Positions 24,033-25,296 of a stretch of DNA of 25,296 nucleotides are shown piece after piece. Source of the stretch: an uncultured bacterium. GTDB lineage: Bacteria; Edwardsbacteria; AC1; EtOH8. The position numbers and the translations under genes are program-made. Position 1 is the stretch's first letter. Every line of letters begins with the position of its first letter. The notes under the pieces were generated by a model. The model did no database searches, was not told where the DNA came from, and worked only from the letters and a program-made list of their open reading frames with translations. The stretch lies in contig CAWAAX010000015.1 of assembly GCA_963780225.1 (NCBI GenBank), forward strand, positions 1-25,296. The letters run 5' to 3'.

Positions 24033-24087
24033 AAAGTTAATTCCCTTAAATCATGTTAATCCTGTCAATAAATAAAAAGGAAGATAT

Positions 24088-25296
24088 ATGCTGGATCCCA
24101 AATTCATCCGTGAGAACATCGAACTGGTCAAAAAGGCCATCGCCGACAAGGGCGAGAAGGCCGACCTGGGCCCCTTTCTGGAGCTGGACACCAAGCGCCG
24201 GGCCATCGTCCAGGAAGTGGAAGTGCTGAAAGCCCAGCGCAACAGCGTCTCGGAAGAGATCGCCAAGTTAAAGAAGGAAAAGTCTCCTTTGGCCGACCAG
24301 AAGATAGTGGAGATGCGCCAGGTGGGCGATAAGATAAAAGCGCTGGACGACGAGCTCCGGCTGGTCGAAGAGAAACTGTCCGAGGCCACCCTCTCCCTGC
24401 CCAACATGCCCGACCCCTCGGTGCCGGTGGGAAAAGACGAGTCCGAGAACCTGGTGGACAGGGTGGTGGGCCAGGAGAAGAAATATGACTTTGCCTTAAA
24501 ACCCCACTGGGAGCTGGGCGAAAAGCTGGGCATCATAGATTTTGAGCGCGGGGCCAAGATCTCCGGCAGCCGGTTCTATCTGCTTAAGGGCGCCGGGGCC
24601 AGGCTGCAGCGGGCCCTGATCACCTGGATGCTGGACGTCCACACCCGGCAGAGCGGCTACACCGAGATCTATCCGCCCTACATGGTCAACGGAAAATGCC
24701 TGGTGGGAACCGGCCAGCTGCCCAAATTCGCCGACACCGTTTACCGGGACATCGAGGAGGATTTTTGGTGGGTGCCCACCGCCGAGGTGCCGGTGACCAA
24801 CATGTACCGCGAGGAGATTTTGGACGGCTCGCTGCTTCCGGTCAACCACGTGGCCTACACCGCCTGCTTCAGACGGGAGAAGATGTCGGCCGGCAAGGAT
24901 GTCCGGGGCATCAAGCGGGGCCACCAGTTCGACAAGGTGGAGCTGGTGAAGTTCGTCCTGCCGGAGAAGTCGAACGAAGAATTGGACAAGCTGATCGCCG
25001 ACGCCGAGAAGATCCCGCAGGCCTTGGGCTTTAAGTATAGGATCTTGAAGATGTGCACCGGCGACCTGGGCTTTACCGCCGCCAAGAAGTACGACATTGA
25101 GATCTGGGCCGAGGGCTGTAAGGAGTGGCTGGAGGTCTCCTCCTGTTCAAATTTCGGGGATTTCCAGGCCCGCCGGGCCAACATCAAGTTCCGCCGGGAG
25201 CCCAAGGCCAAGCCGGAGTTCGTGCATACGTTGAACGGCTCGGGGCTGGCCCTGCCCCGGACCATGATAGCGGTGATGGAGAATTACCAGAACGCG
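24088..25296 (+). CDS. serS: Serine--tRNA ligase, partial (runs off the window end)
   Basis: Own translation: MLDPKFIRENIELVK, LPNMPDPSVPVG, KPHWELG, GTGQLPKF, PTAEVPVTN, RGHQFDKVE, EVSSCSN, HTLNGSGLA; missing from track because no stop codon is in the window. Confidence 0.98.
   Translation, partial: MLDPKFIRENIELVKKAIADKGEKADLGPFLELDTKRRAIVQEVEVLKAQRNSVSEEIAKLKKEKSPLADQKIVEMRQVGDKIKALDDELRLVEEKLSEATLSLPNMPDPSVPVGKDESENLVDRVVGQEKKYDFALKPHWELGEKLGIIDFERGAKISGSRFYLLKGAGARLQRALITWMLDVHTRQSGYTEIYPPYMVNGKCLVGTGQLPKFADTVYRDIEEDFWWVPTAEVPVTNMYREEILDGSLLPVNHVAYTACFRREKMSAGKDVRGIKRGHQFDKVELVKFVLPEKSNEELDKLIADAEKIPQALGFKYRILKMCTGDLGFTAAKKYDIEIWAEGCKEWLEVSSCSNFGDFQARRANIKFRREPKAKPEFVHTLNGSGLALPRTMIAVMENYQNA

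Noticed and set aside
13427..24066. CRISPR array from the short repeats
   Set aside because: Units are 7-10 nt, degenerate, dispersed and lack regular unique spacers; no cas genes
23905..24087. T-box riboswitch upstream of serS
   Set aside because: No GGTGGNACC T-box motif or terminator/antiterminator pair; region explained by mini-repeats

Overview
Bacterial chromosomal window, standard genetic code, mostly GC-rich genes with a few AT-rich ones. A beta-barrel-like protein and exported thioredoxin/CcdA suggest a diderm; I cannot fix the lineage from sequence alone. Left to right: (1) a + strand run of a cyclophilin plus unrelated accessory genes (secreted protein, OMP-like protein, HSL-type alpha/beta hydrolase, AT-rich GNAT, membrane protein, retropepsin-like lipoprotein); (2) a - strand block rimP-nusA-infB with promoter and rimP-leader hairpin, followed by a secreted hydrolase, an ArsC/Spx-family gene and tryptophanase; (3) a nine-gene ArsR-controlled arsenic/metal operon (arsR, acr3, Cys-less rhodanese, Cys-rich ferredoxin, CDF, frameshifted small redox-disulfide protein, exported thioredoxin, ccdA, arsP) with a perfect 22-bp operator and no arsenate reductase; (4) a + strand hypothetical protein, xth, a stand-alone PAS-GAF protein, an APH-like kinase and partial serS. 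Most notable: the operon composition, a 16-bp duplication frameshift, an orphan synonymously diverged copy of the hydrolase 3' end behind the GNAT gene, and several families of tiny palindromic or short-period repeats in many intergenic gaps, one nested in another and one apparently inserted in-frame in a gene. No database search was possible, so all novelty statements are provisional.
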